From an uncultured delta proteobacterium (GTDB lineage Bacteria; Myxococcota; Myxococcia; Myxococcales; Anaeromyxobacteraceae): a stretch of DNA of 64,000 nucleotides. Under the pieces are notes generated by a model, which saw only the letters and a list, made by a program, of their open reading frames with translations, was not told the DNA's origin and did not search any database. Positions 29,591-39,786 of this stretch are shown in pieces. Every line of letters starts with the position of its first letter. The stretch's first letter is position 1. Both the position numbers and the translations under genes were made by a program. The stretch lies in assembly GCA_963766715.1 (NCBI GenBank), contig CAVYBH010000001.1, forward strand, positions 1 to 64,000, written 5' to 3'.

Positions 29591-31186
29591 TTGAGCGGGA
29601 ATCCGGAAGAGCTGCTCCGCGGAGCGCTCGAGAAGATCGTCTACTTCGAGTGCCGGCTCTCCCAGCTGGAGAGCGAGCTATCGGCTGCGCGTGAAGTCGC
29701 GTCCCGGGAGAAGGAGGCAGCCGCCTCCGCGCGCGCCCGGGAATCCGCCGCCTCGGCCGAGCTGACGCGGGCCCGCACCGAGCTCGACACCCTGCGGCGC
29801 AGCGACGAGGAGCTCTCCGAGCGCGTCCGCCTGCTGGAGGGCGAGCGCGAACGCTTCCTCACCGGCCTCATCGACCAGGCCCGCATCGCCGGCGCGCCCA
29901 CCCAGGACGAGGCGGCGGGCGAGGCGGCCGACCTGGCCGGGTTCATCGCCGAGCTGCGCGCCGAGATCGAGCGGCTGCGTCCGTGGAAGCTGGCCGCCGA
30001 GGCGGCCGGGATGCGGCTCGAGGAGGAGGCCACGCTGCCGCTCCCTCCGCACGCCGGCGTCGGCGCGATCGCGCAGGGGTTCGCGGCCTCCGGACGGATC
30101 GGCGTGTCGCGGACCGACGCGGGCCGGCTGGAGAACGGGCTCGAGAGCCGCGCCGAGCGCTCGCTCTACGAGGCCTCCATGGACGACCTGGCCTCCGCGG
30201 ATCCGCGCTCGCGCCGCCGGGCCGCCGACGCCTTGCGGGTGATGGGGTCGCGCGCGGCCTCGCCGCTCGTCGCCGCCGCGGTCGGGCGGGAGCGGGACGC
30301 CGACGTGAAGGTGGCGCTCCTCTCCGCGCTGGGCGCGCTGGCCGGGCCGGCCGCGGTCGACGTGGCGGCCCGGGAGCTCGGCGATCCGCGCCCGGTGGTC
30401 CGGGGCGCCGCCCTCGACGCCGTGGCCGCGCTGGGCGGCGAGGGCGCCGAGCCGCGGCTGCTGGCGGCGCTCGGCGACGTGAGCCCGCTCGTGCGACGCC
30501 GCGCGGTCCTGCTGCTCGGCTTCTCGCGGGGGCCCGGCGCCGAGGAAGCGCTGCGCGCCGCGATCTCCGATCGCGACCCCGGCGTGGCGCGGGCCGCGGC
30601 CCTGGCGCTCTCCGGACGCCCCACGGCGACGGCGCAGGCGGCGCTGGCCCGCGCGCTCGACCACGGCGAGGAGTCGGTCCGGCGGATCGCCTCCACCTCC
30701 GTGGCGCGCTGGTCCGGCGAGTCCGTCGCCGCCGCCGCTCCGGCCGAGGACCGCCGGCGGGCGGCGCGGCGCATCGCCGAGAAGCTCTCCGCGGTGGGCG
30801 CGACGGCGCTCCGGGACGCCGTGGTGCTCGCCAACCCGGATGCCGACCCGGCCCCGGCGCGCCCGGCCATCGCGCGGCGCGCCGCGGCGCTCGCTCCCGC
30901 GGCTCCCCGGGTTGCCGCTCCTCCGGTGCAGGTGCCCGCACCCGCCGCTCCTCGCGCAGCGGCCCTCACATCCACCGTTCGCGCCGCGGTGGCGGTGCTC
31001 GAGGCGCCCTCCGGGGACCTCACGCCGGTCGAGAGCGCGGTGCTCCTGGAGCTCCGCTCCGCCCTGCGCGGACGGACGCCCGACGAGCTCTCCCAGGTCG
31101 TCCCCGGCGGAGCGGACCGGGCGCTCGCCACCCTCGTCGCACGCGGCGCCGCGGTCCAGCGCGGCACCCGGTACTTCCCGGCCTAG
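29591..31186 (+). CDS. pomY: PomY-like protein: N-terminal coiled coil, HEAT repeats, Pro/Ala-rich region
   Basis: GGAGG RBS + TTG; coiled coil; repeated D..P.VR..A..AL HEAT units; directly upstream of a PomZ-type ATPase. Confidence 0.75.
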   Translation: MSGNPEELLRGALEKIVYFECRLSQLESELSAAREVASREKEAAASARARESAASAELTRARTELDTLRRSDEELSERVRLLEGERERFLTGLIDQARIAGAPTQDEAAGEAADLAGFIAELRAEIERLRPWKLAAEAAGMRLEEEATLPLPPHAGVGAIAQGFAASGRIGVSRTDAGRLENGLESRAERSLYEASMDDLASADPRSRRRAADALRVMGSRAASPLVAAAVGRERDADVKVALLSALGALAGPAAVDVAARELGDPRPVVRGAALDAVAALGGEGAEPRLLAALGDVSPLVRRRAVLLLGFSRGPGAEEALRAAISDRDPGVARAAALALSGRPTATAQAALARALDHGEESVRRIASTSVARWSGESVAAAAPAEDRRRAARRIAEKLSAVGATALRDAVVLANPDADPAPARPAIARRAAALAPAAPRVAAPPVQVPAPAAPRAAALTSTVRAAVAVLEAPSGDLTPVESAVLLELRSALRGRTPDELSQVVPGGADRALATLVARGAAVQRGTRYFPA

Positions 31187-31197
31187 GAGCCCGACGC

Positions 31198-32157
31198 ATG
31201 GAGAACCTGAGATACACGTCGAGGCGCCTCTCGGAACTCTTCGGGCTCACGCCCAAGCAGGTGGCCGAGATCGTGGGACGCCGCGACGGCTACGGACCGA
31301 GAGACCTCGCCACGCTCCGCAAGGCGGTCCGGCGCCCGCCCGACGCCTTCCCGCACCGCAAGCAGCTCTTCCTCAACTTCAAGGGCGGCACCGGCAAGAC
31401 CTCGCTCTCGACCTCCTACGCGTACCGGCTCGCCGAGCGCGGCTACAAGGTGCTCGTGCTCGACCTCGACAGCCAGGGGCACGCCACGCGCTGCCTGGGC
31501 GAGGAGGGCGGGAGCTTCACGAAGACGCTCTACGACGTGCTCGTCCGGAAGGCCCCGCTCTCCGAGGTCACCATCGAGACCAAGATGCCGGGGCTCTGGC
31601 TCGTGCCGGCGAACCTCACCATGAGCACCATGGACCTCGCGCTCATGCCCATGGCCGGGCGGGAGTTCAAGCTCCGCAACGCGCTGCGCGAGGCCGAGAA
31701 GAGCTACGACTTCGTGGTCATGGACGCGCCGCCCTCCTTCGGGCTGCTCAACCTGAACGCGCTCATGGCGGCGAACGACCTGGTCACGCCGGTGCTCGCC
31801 GACTTCCTCTCCTACGACGGGCTGCGGCTCCTCTTCGAGACCATCCAGGGGCTGGAGGAGGATCTCTCCCACCAGCTCGAGAACATCTTCATCTGCGTGA
31901 ACGCCTTCAACCAGACCTTCCGCATCGCCCGGGAGGCGCTCGACGCGCTGCGCGAGCACTACGCCGAGTACCTGCTCCACAGCGTGGTCCGGCAGTGCAC
32001 CAAGTTCGCCCAGGCGTCCAGCGAGGGTTGCCCGGTGTTCGGGTACGACCCCGATTCCAAGGGCGCCATGGACATCGAGTCCATGCAGCTCGAGGTGCTG
32101 GGGCGGATCCGCGACGGGCTTGCCGCCCAGGCGAACGCAGCGAGGAGCGCGAGATGA
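31198..32157 (+). CDS. pomZ: ParA/MinD ATPase PomZ
   Basis: 319 aa; ~55 aa N-terminal extension, KGGTGKT, DLDSQG, DAPP, RQCTKF; flanked by pomY-like and pomX-like genes. Confidence 0.85.
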   Translation: MENLRYTSRRLSELFGLTPKQVAEIVGRRDGYGPRDLATLRKAVRRPPDAFPHRKQLFLNFKGGTGKTSLSTSYAYRLAERGYKVLVLDLDSQGHATRCLGEEGGSFTKTLYDVLVRKAPLSEVTIETKMPGLWLVPANLTMSTMDLALMPMAGREFKLRNALREAEKSYDFVVMDAPPSFGLLNLNALMAANDLVTPVLADFLSYDGLRLLFETIQGLEEDLSHQLENIFICVNAFNQTFRIAREALDALREHYAEYLLHSVVRQCTKFAQASSEGCPVFGYDPDSKGAMDIESMQLEVLGRIRDGLAAQANAARSAR

Positions 32158-33129
32158 GAAAGGCCTTCGACGCCAACGTGCCGAAGCTGAAGCCCCGGCT
32201 GCGCCCCACCGGCGTGGCCACCCTCGAGCCGGAGATGGAGGCGCCTCCGGTCGCGGAGGAGGCGGTCCCGGTCGCCGCAGAGGAAGCCGTCGCGACCCCG
32301 GTCGAGGCCGAGCCCGTGCAGGCGCCGGCGCCGGTTGCCGTGCAGGCCCCGGCTGCCCCGATCTCCCGCATCGCCCGGGCCGCCGCCCGGGCCGCCGCCC
32401 CCGCGGTGGCGCCCCCGGCTCCGGCGGCAGCCGCCGTCGCGCCCCCGGCCGCGTCCGGAGACCTCGCCGAGCGCAAGGAACGGCTCGAGAAGATCAAGCG
32501 GAAGGTGGCCGAGGCGGCCCGGAGGGGAACGCCGGCCGTCGCGCCGCGCGAGCCTGCCCGCGCCGCGGAGAGCGCGCTCTCGCTGGTCGTCCGACCTCGA
32601 CCGGCAGCTGGCCCGCTCCCGCGAGCTCGAGGAGGCGCTGCGCGCCGACCTGGCGACGGCCCGCACCGAGATGGCCCGCGCTGCCAGCGAGGCCGAGGGC
32701 ACGCGCGAGCGGCTCGTCGCGCTCGAGAAGGAGCTCGAGGACCGGCGCGGCATGATGAACGAGATGCTCGCCGAGATGTCGGCCCTCGAGGAGGAGCGCG
32801 ACCAGTCGGTGCGGCGCGCCCAGGCCCTCGCGGCGCTGGACGAGGAGCGGCAGAAGCTGGCCGACGAGCTGTCGCGACGCGGCGACGAGCTGGAGGCGGC
32901 GCTGGCCGGCGCTCGCGCCGAGGCGGGCCGGCTCACGAGCGAGCTCGACGAGCGGACGGCCGACGGGGCGCGGCTGCGCGCCGGGCTCTCCGAGACGGTG
33001 AGGGAGCGCGATTCGCTGGCCCGCGAGCTGGCCGCCGTGCGGGGCGAGCGCGACGAGCTGCTCGAGGCCCGGCGCGCGCTCGAGAAGGTGTTCGAGGCGC
33101 TGTCGGCGGCGCGCTCCCGGCTGGGCTAG
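32154..33129 (+). CDS. pomX: PomX-like ATPase-activating coiled-coil protein (frameshifted)
   Basis: N-terminal peptide MRKAFDANVPKLKPRLR, Pro/Ala/Glu-rich linker, long C-terminal coiled coil; ATGA overlap. Confidence 0.8.
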
Positions 33130-34562
33130 GCCGTGCCGTGAGCATCCGGCGGCTTCGACCCGTCGGTGAGCGCGCCCAGCTTCTTCCGGGCGTCGTAGGC
33201 GGCCACCTTGTAGGTGTCGCCCAGCGTCGGGTAGTTGAAGACGGCCTCGATGAAGTAGCGGTAGGTGCCGCCCAGCGCCATCACCGCCGCGCCCATGTGG
33301 ACGAGCTCGGCGGCGTTGGGGCCGATGACGTGGATGCCCAGGACCTTGAGGCTCTCGGGGGAGACGAGCAGCTTCACCCAGCCCACCGCCTCGCCGATGA
33401 GGTTGGCGCGCGCGTTCTCGACGAAGCTTCCCTTGCCGACCACGTAGGGGATTCCCTTCGCCTGCAGCGACTCCTCGGTCTCGCCCACCGACGACAGCTC
33501 GGGGATGGTGTAGATGCCGGTGGGCAGCACCTCCCCGGAGAGCTGGGTGCGGAAGTCCTTGCCCTCGCAGGCGTAGGTCATGGCCACGCGCCCCTGCTCC
33601 ATGGACGTGGAGGCGAGGCCCGGGAAGCCGACCACGTCGCCGGCCGCGTAGATGTGGGGCACCGAGGTCTGGAAGTGCTCGTTCACCTTGAGGTAACCAC
33701 GCTCGTCGGCCTGAAGGCCGGCCAGCGGGAGGTCGAGCGAGTCGGTGTTGCCGATCCGGCCCGCGGCCACCAGCACCTTCTCGGCGACGAGGCGGGAGCC
33801 GTCGGACATGGTGACGAGCACGTCGTGGTCGCCCGGCTCGACCTTGGTGACCCGGGTCTTGTGCTTGAGCACCACGCCGAACTCGGTCCAGAGCCGCTCC
33901 AGCTCGTGGGACAGCTCGGCGTCGAGGAAGGGCATGACCCGTTCGCGAGAGTCGGCCATGGTGACGTGCACGCCCAGTGCGGCGAAGGCAGAGGTGTACT
34001 CCGAGCCGGCCACGCCGCCGCCCAGGACCGCCAGCGAGCGCGGCACCCGGTCGAGCATGAGGATCGAGTCGGAGTCGTAGACCCGGCTGTGGTCGATGGG
34101 GATGTGGGGCGGGTGGAAGGGGCGGGTGCCCGTGGCGACGAGGATGATGTCGGCCCGGATCTCCTGCGAGGAGCCGTCCGGCACCGAGACGCGCAGCGTG
34201 TGCGGGTCGAGGAAGCTGGCCGTGCCGCGGAAGGTCTCGATGGCGTACTGCGAGAAGCGGCCGCGGATGCGGGTGTGCTCGCGGGCGGTCACGAGTCCCC
34301 GGCGACCCATCAGGGCCGCGACGGTCATGGTCTCGGCCACCTGGAGGATGAACCCGTGGACGTCGCGACGCTTCGACTGCAGCAAGGCGAGGGCGGTTTC
34401 CCGCAGGGCCTTCGAGGGGATGGTGCCCGTGTTGGCGCAGGCGCCGCCCGGGACGGCTTCCTTCTCGATGACCGCGACCTTCTTCCCCAGGAACGCGGCG
34501 CGCGTGGCGCCCCGCTCGCCGGCAGGTCCGCTGCCGACGATGGCGACGTCGTAGTGGAGCAT
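33126..34562 (-). CDS. sthA: Soluble pyridine nucleotide transhydrogenase
   Basis: GSGPAGE, GGACANTGTIPSK (single Cys), YDSDSIL, LASTSMEQGR, GIYTIPE, FNYPTL. Confidence 0.9.
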   Translation of the reverse strand: MLHYDVAIVGSGPAGERGATRAAFLGKKVAVIEKEAVPGGACANTGTIPSKALRETALALLQSKRRDVHGFILQVAETMTVAALMGRRGLVTAREHTRIRGRFSQYAIETFRGTASFLDPHTLRVSVPDGSSQEIRADIILVATGTRPFHPPHIPIDHSRVYDSDSILMLDRVPRSLAVLGGGVAGSEYTSAFAALGVHVTMADSRERVMPFLDAELSHELERLWTEFGVVLKHKTRVTKVEPGDHDVLVTMSDGSRLVAEKVLVAAGRIGNTDSLDLPLAGLQADERGYLKVNEHFQTSVPHIYAAGDVVGFPGLASTSMEQGRVAMTYACEGKDFRTQLSGEVLPTGIYTIPELSSVGETEESLQAKGIPYVVGKGSFVENARANLIGEAVGWVKLLVSPESLKVLGIHVIGPNAAELVHMGAAVMALGGTYRYFIEAVFNYPTLGDTYKVAAYDARKKLGALTDGSKPPDAHGTA

Positions 34563-34612
34563 GGTGCGCTTATAATGCATGCCCCGCACCCGTCAGAGGA
34601 GTTTTCGAACCG

Positions 34613-35767
34613 TTGAAGAGCCCGCCCCGAAATCCTGCGCTCGACGCCATCCCGAAGAATCTCATGGTCGAGCTCGACGAGAAGAAGGCCGCGCTGCGCC
34701 GGGCCGGGCGGAAGCTGTACGACTTCGGGCTGGGCGATCCCCTCGAGCCGACGCCTCCCTTCCTGCGGGAGGCCCTTCGCGCGGCGGTCCCCGAGGTCTC
34801 GCAGTACCCCAGCCCGCTCGGGACGCCGGCCCTGCGGGGTGCCGCGGCCGCCTACCTGGCGCGCCGGTTCGGCGTAACGGTCGACCCCGACCGGCAGATC
34901 GTCCCGGCCACGGGCGCGAAGGAGTCGATCTTCCACCTGCCGCTGGCCTTCGCCGGCGGGCCGGGGGGGCGGCGCAAGGTGGTCATCCCCGATCCCGGGT
35001 ATCCCACCTACGAGGCCGGCGCCCGGATGGCCGGCCTGGAGCCGGTGAAGGTTCCCCTCCGTCCCGGGAAGGGCTTCCTCCTCGAGCCGGCCGACCTCCC
35101 GGCCTCCCTCCTCGACGAGACGCTCCTCTACTGGGTGAGCTATCCCCACAACCCCACCGGCGCGGTGGCGCCCCGGGCCTACCTGGAACGGGTGGGGCGG
35201 GCCGCGCTGGACCACGGGTTCATCGTGGCCTCCGACGAGTGCTACGCCGACATCTACTTCGAGGCGCCGCCCCTCTCCATGCTCCAGGTCCAGGTGGAGA
35301 ACGTGCTGGCCATCCACTCCTGCTCCAAGCGCAGCGGCATGACCGGCTACCGGAGCGGCTTCGTGGCCGGCGACGCCGACCTCGTCTCCCAGGTGAAGCG
35401 GATGCGCAGCCACCCGGGCGTGGCCTCCCCCGACTTCGTGTCGGCGGCGGCGGTGGCGGCCTGGAGCGACGACGCCCACGTGGCCGTGCGGCGCGAGACG
35501 TTCCGGAGGAAGCGCGACCGGCTGGTCCGGTTCCTCGCGGAGCACGGGCTCTCCGTCCAGGGCTCCGAGGCCACCCTGTATCTCTGGGTGAAGGTCCCGG
35601 AGGGATTCACCTCGGCGACCTACGCGTCGCGGCTCCTCGACGAGGCCATCGTGGTCTCGCCGGGGACGGCCTTCGGCGCGGCCGGGGAGGGCTTCGTGCG
35701 GGTGAGCCTGGTTCCGGACCTGCAGGACATCGAGGAGGCGATCGAGCGATGGCGAACGGTGCGGTGA
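34613..35767 (+). CDS. dapC: Class I/II aminotransferase, succinyldiaminopimelate transaminase-like
   Basis: YPHNPTG, SDECY, SCSKRSGMTGYRSG; operon with dapD and dapE. Confidence 0.82.
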   Translation: MKSPPRNPALDAIPKNLMVELDEKKAALRRAGRKLYDFGLGDPLEPTPPFLREALRAAVPEVSQYPSPLGTPALRGAAAAYLARRFGVTVDPDRQIVPATGAKESIFHLPLAFAGGPGGRRKVVIPDPGYPTYEAGARMAGLEPVKVPLRPGKGFLLEPADLPASLLDETLLYWVSYPHNPTGAVAPRAYLERVGRAALDHGFIVASDECYADIYFEAPPLSMLQVQVENVLAIHSCSKRSGMTGYRSGFVAGDADLVSQVKRMRSHPGVASPDFVSAAAVAAWSDDAHVAVRRETFRRKRDRLVRFLAEHGLSVQGSEATLYLWVKVPEGFTSATYASRLLDEAIVVSPGTAFGAAGEGFVRVSLVPDLQDIEEAIERWRTVR

Positions 35768-36588
35768 TGGCGGTGGAGGAGATCCGGAAGCGCGTCGAGG
35801 CGGCCTGGGCCGACCGGGCGAGGCTGTCCGATCCGGGGTTCCGGGACGCGGTGCTGGCCGCGGTGGCCGGGCTCGACCGGGGCGAGCTGCGGGTGGCGGA
35901 GAAGGTGGACGGGGAGTGGAAGGTGAACGCCTGGCTGATGCAGGCGGTGAACCTCTACTTCGCGGTCACCCCGATGGAGACCCACGACTACGGTCCGTTC
36001 CAGGTCCGCGACAAGATCCCGCTCAAGAAGGAGCTCGAGAAGGCGGGGATCCGCATCGTCCCGGGCGGCATCGTCCGCTACGGCGCGTACGTGGCGCCCG
36101 GCGCGGTGGTGCTTCCCGGCTTCGTGAACATCGGCGCGCGCGTGGGCAAGGGCACGATGGTCGACACCTGGGCCACGGTGGGCTCCTGCGCCCAGGTGGG
36201 CGAGAACGTGCACCTGGCCGGGGGCGTCGGGATCGGCGGCGTGCTCGAGCCGCCTGGAGCGCGCCCGAACATCATCGAGGACGACTGCTTCATCGGCAGC
36301 CGCTGCATCCTGGTCGAGGGCACGCTCGTCGAGGAGGGGTCGGTCCTGGGCGCGAACGTCGTCATCACCGGCTCCACGCCCATCATCGACGTGACCGGGC
36401 CGAAGGAGGTCGTGCTGAAGAAGCGGGTCCCGGCCCGATCGGTGGTGATCCCGGGCACGCGTCCCAAGCAGTACCCGGCCGGCACCTTCCAGATTCCCTG
36501 CGCCCTCATCGTGGGCCGCCGCAGCGAGGCCACCGACAAGAAGGTGTCGCTCAACGACGCCCTGCGGGAGTTCGAGGTCTCGGTGTGA
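35767..36588 (+). CDS. dapD: Tetrahydrodipicolinate N-succinyltransferase
   Basis: DKIPLK, VNIGARVGKGTMVDTWATVGSCAQVG, GIGGVLEP, SLNDALR. Confidence 0.96.
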   Translation: MAVEEIRKRVEAAWADRARLSDPGFRDAVLAAVAGLDRGELRVAEKVDGEWKVNAWLMQAVNLYFAVTPMETHDYGPFQVRDKIPLKKELEKAGIRIVPGGIVRYGAYVAPGAVVLPGFVNIGARVGKGTMVDTWATVGSCAQVGENVHLAGGVGIGGVLEPPGARPNIIEDDCFIGSRCILVEGTLVEEGSVLGANVVITGSTPIIDVTGPKEVVLKKRVPARSVVIPGTRPKQYPAGTFQIPCALIVGRRSEATDKKVSLNDALREFEVSV

Positions 36589-37673
36589 ACGCGCCGCTCG
36601 CCGAGGCGCTGGCGGCGCGCACGGAGGCGCTCTGCGCGGTCCGCTCGCCCATCGGCGAGGAGCGGGCGCTCTGCGACGAGCTCGAGGCCTGGGCGCGTGC
36701 GCGCTTCCCGGCGGTCCGGCGGGTGGAGAACTCGCTCGTGGTGATGGTCGATCCCCCGGGTCCGGCGGGCTCGACGCGGCCGCTGGTGGCGCTGTGCGGC
36801 CACCTCGACACCGTCCCGGTCCACCCCGGCGACGGGGGGCCGCCGCGGCGGGAGGCGGGGCGCATCGTCGCGCCGGGCTCGTCCGACATGAAGTCGGGCG
36901 TGGCCGTGGCCCTCGAGCTCGCCGAGCGGATCCCGCGCGAGGCCCGCTTCGCCGACCTGGCGCTCGTCCTCTACTCGCGCGAGGAGGGGCCGTTCCTCGA
37001 GAACGAGCTCGGGCCCGTCCTGGCGCAGGCGCCGGAGATCGCGCGGGCCGACCTCGCCATCTGCCTCGAGCCCACCGACGGGAAGCTGGCGCTGGGCTGC
37101 GTCGGCTCCCTCCACGCCACCGTGACCTTCGCCGGGCGCTCCGCACACTCGGCGCGTCCGTGGCAGGGGGAGAACGCCGTCCACCGCGCCGGAGCGCTGC
37201 TCGTGGAGCTCGCCGCGCGGGTCCCGCGGGAGGCGACCTCGGGAGGCCTGCCGTTCCGGGAGGTGCTCTCCGTCACGCGGATCGAGGGCGGGCGGGCGCG
37301 CAACGTCGTCCCGGATCGCTGCACCCTGAACCTGAACTTCCGCTTCGCTCCCGATCGCAGCGTGGAGGAGGCGGCGCGCGAGGTCGAGGAGCTGGCGCGG
37401 CGGCACGGGGCGGAGGTCGAGATCACCGACCGGTCCCCGGCCTGCCCCGCCTTCGTCGACCACCCGCTGGTGGCCCGGCTGCGCGATCGCGCCGGGCTCG
37501 AGGTGGAGCCCAAGCAGGCCTGGACCGACGTGGCCCGCCTGGCCGCGGCGGGGATCCCGGCGGTGAACTTCGGCCCGGGCGCCACCGCGCAGGCGCACCA
37601 GCGCGGCGAATGGGTCGAGGTCCAGGCCATCGAGCGGTCCTACCGGGCGCTGGAGCGGTTCCTCTCCCCCTGA
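36585..37673 (+). CDS. dapE: Succinyl-diaminopimelate desuccinylase
   Basis: GHLDTVP, GSSDMKSG, REEG, AHSARPWQGENA, WTDVAR, AH. Confidence 0.9.
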   Translation: MNAPLAEALAARTEALCAVRSPIGEERALCDELEAWARARFPAVRRVENSLVVMVDPPGPAGSTRPLVALCGHLDTVPVHPGDGGPPRREAGRIVAPGSSDMKSGVAVALELAERIPREARFADLALVLYSREEGPFLENELGPVLAQAPEIARADLAICLEPTDGKLALGCVGSLHATVTFAGRSAHSARPWQGENAVHRAGALLVELAARVPREATSGGLPFREVLSVTRIEGGRARNVVPDRCTLNLNFRFAPDRSVEEAAREVEELARRHGAEVEITDRSPACPAFVDHPLVARLRDRAGLEVEPKQAWTDVARLAAAGIPAVNFGPGATAQAHQRGEWVEVQAIERSYRALERFLSP

Positions 37674-37695
37674 CGTGGCCTCCCGGCGGTTCGGC

Positions 37696-37745
37696 TTGAC
37701 GCCGCGCCGCGCCGCATTACATCGACGCATATCGATATGTCGATG
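37696..37745 (+). promoter_or_regulatory. sigma70-like promoter with overlapping palindromic operator (ArsR-type)
   Basis: TTGACG-N16-TACATC; inverted repeat CATCGAC-gc-ATATCGATAT-GTCGATG over the start codon. Confidence 0.65.
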
Positions 37746-38084
37746 GATCGGGCGAACGACCGGCTGGTCAAGGTGGCGAAGGCGCTGGGGGACCCCACGC
37801 GCCTGGACCTGCTGCGGCGCATCGCCGCGGCGGGCGAGATCCGCTGCAAGGACCTGGTGGCGCTCTTCCCGGTGGCGCAGGCGACGGTCTCCCACCACCT
37901 CAAGATCCTCACCGATGCCGGCCTGATCGTGGCCCGGCGCGAGGGGCAGTTCGGCTACTACAGCCTTCGCGCGGGCGCGCTCGACGAGCACGTCGGCGCT
38001 GCTCGGCAAGACCTTCCGGGCCCGGCGCGGGCAGGGGGCGCAGTGAGCCCCGGAATGCGGAGCATGGAGCTCCGCGCAACGTGA
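37737..38084 (+). CDS. ArsR/SmtB family repressor
   Basis: KALGDPTRLDLL, QATVSHHLKIL..AGLI..RREG..YYSL. Confidence 0.9.
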   Translation: MSMDRANDRLVKVAKALGDPTRLDLLRRIAAAGEIRCKDLVALFPVAQATVSHHLKILTDAGLIVARREGQFGYYSLRAGALDEHVGAARQDLPGPARAGGAVSPGMRSMELRAT

Positions 38085-38116
38085 ACGCAGTCCAACACAG
38101 ACAGGAGAAGTCAGAA

Positions 38117-38716
38117 ATGAACCGCACGACCCGCATCGCCGCGCTGGCCCTCGCCATCGCACCCGCCCTGGCCTTCGGCCAGGCCACCACCTGGAACGTC
38201 GACCCCGCCCACACCCGCGTCGGCTTCAGCGTGAAGCACCTCGTCATCTCCGACGTGAAGGGCGAGTTCTCGAAGGTCTCGGGCAAGGCCCAGCTCGACG
38301 AGTCGGACCTCTCGAAGTCGAGCGTCGAGATGACCATCGAGGTCGCCTCGGTCGACACCCGCGACGAGAAGCGCGACGCCCACCTCAAGTCGGCCGACTT
38401 CTTCGACGCCGCCAAGTTCCCCACCATCACCTTCAAGTCGACGAAGGTCGTGGCCGGCAAGGACGGCGCCGTCACCGTGACGGGCGACCTGACCATGCGC
38501 GGCGTGACCAAGCCGGTCACCCTCGAGGGCACGATCTCGAAGTCCATCGTCGACCCGTGGGGCCTCACCCGCCGCGGCGTCTCGTTCACCGGCAAGCTCG
38601 ACCGCAAGGAGTGGGGCGTGTCGTGGAGCAAGGTCACCGACGTCGGCGCGGTGGTGGGCGACGAGGTGAAGCTCGACATCCAGGCCGAGATCACCAAGGA
38701 CCAGCCGAAGAAGTAG
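38117..38716 (+). CDS. YceI-family periplasmic protein
   Basis: Signal peptide; WNVDPAHT, RDAHLKSADFFD..KFPTITFKST, GDLTMRGVTKPV. Confidence 0.93.
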   Translation: MNRTTRIAALALAIAPALAFGQATTWNVDPAHTRVGFSVKHLVISDVKGEFSKVSGKAQLDESDLSKSSVEMTIEVASVDTRDEKRDAHLKSADFFDAAKFPTITFKSTKVVAGKDGAVTVTGDLTMRGVTKPVTLEGTISKSIVDPWGLTRRGVSFTGKLDRKEWGVSWSKVTDVGAVVGDEVKLDIQAEITKDQPKK

Positions 38717-38819
38717 CGACGGCGGCCGCACCGTCCGCGCCGCGCCCTCCGGGGGCGGCACGGAGGGCGGCGGGAAGAACGCGGCGGCGGGCACGGGGAA
38801 TGCTCCGTTCCGCCGCCGC

Positions 38820-39490
38820 ATGCGTTTCGAGCACACGAAGGTCGATGGGCCGCGCGAGCGGCTGCTGGCGTCGGGGCCGGCTGCGCTCTCCGACGCCGAG
38901 CTGGTCGCGCTCATCCTGGGAACGGGGTCGGCGCGCCTCTCGGCCCGGGCGGCGGCGCTGGCGCTCGTCGAGCGCGCGTCCCTCCCCGAGCTCGCCTGGG
39001 CCTCGCCGGAGGAGCTCTCGGGCCGGCCGGGGCTGGGCCGGCGCGCGCGGCGGCGCTCGCCGCCGCGTTCGAGCTGGGGAGGCGCGGAGCCTGGTCGCCG
39101 CCCCGGCGAGGCGAGCGGATCCTGGAGCCGTCGCGGGTGGCCGAGCTCATGCGCCCGTCGGCGCACGCCGACCGCGAGTGCTTCCACGTGGTGCTGCTCG
39201 ACGTCCGCGGCCGGCTCCTCCGGGCCGAGCGGGTCGCCGAGGGCTCGCTCACCCAGTGCCCCGTCTCCCCGCGCGACGCGCTCCGCCCCGCGGTGCGGGA
39301 AGGGGCCCACGGGGTGATCTTCGTCCACAACCACCCGTCCGGCGACCCGTCGCCGAGCGCCGAGGACGCCGATCTCACCGAGCGGCTCCGCGCCGCCTCC
39401 GAGCTGGTGGGCGTGCTCGCCCGGGACCACGTGATCGTGGCCTCGGGCGGCTACTTCAGCTTCGTGGAGGCGGGGCGGTGGAGGAGGTGA
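38820..39490 (+). CDS. radC: RadC-family JAB-domain protein (frameshifted)
   Basis: PRERLL..G..ALSDAELVALILGTG; HNHPSGDPSPSAED; DHVIV. Confidence 0.9.
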
Positions 39491-39494
39491 GGCG

Positions 39495-39538
39495 TTGCCG
39501 GGCGGATGCCCGAGTATTACTCTTACCAGTAAGAGTAA
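39495..39538 (+). promoter_or_regulatory. TA promoter/operator
   Basis: TTGCCG-N17-TACTCT with perfect inverted repeat TTACTCTTAC-CA-GTAAGAGTAA (39517-39538). Confidence 0.8.
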
Positions 39539-39549
39539 AGGAGCCCGGC

Positions 39550-39786
39550 ATGCGCATCACCAGCAAGGGACAGGTGACCATTCCCCAGGAGATCCGCGAG
39601 AAGGCGGGACTGCTCCCCGGCACCGAGGTCGAGTTCACCTGCGAGGGGAAGGTCGTCCGCATCCGGCGCGCCCGGACGCCGGCGCGACCGGGGAGGGGAG
39701 CGGCGCTGGTGGCGCGACTCCGCGGGACCGCCACGGTCCGCATGAGCACCGACGAGATCATGGCGCTCACGCGTGGTGAAGAGTGA
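39550..39786 (+). CDS. vapB: AbrB/MazE/SpoVT-type antitoxin (VapB)
   Basis: MRITSKGQVTIPQEIREKAGLLPGTEVEF; GTGA overlap with the toxin. Confidence 0.9.
   Translation: MRITSKGQVTIPQEIREKAGLLPGTEVEFTCEGKVVRIRRARTPARPGRGAALVARLRGTATVRMSTDEIMALTRGEE

Noticed and set aside
30840..34616. Very long Arg/Pro/Gly-rich ORFs (this one, and others such as 22980-25604 and 42345-44810)
   Set aside because: Shadow ORFs of high-GC DNA overlapping real genes in other frames or on the other strand
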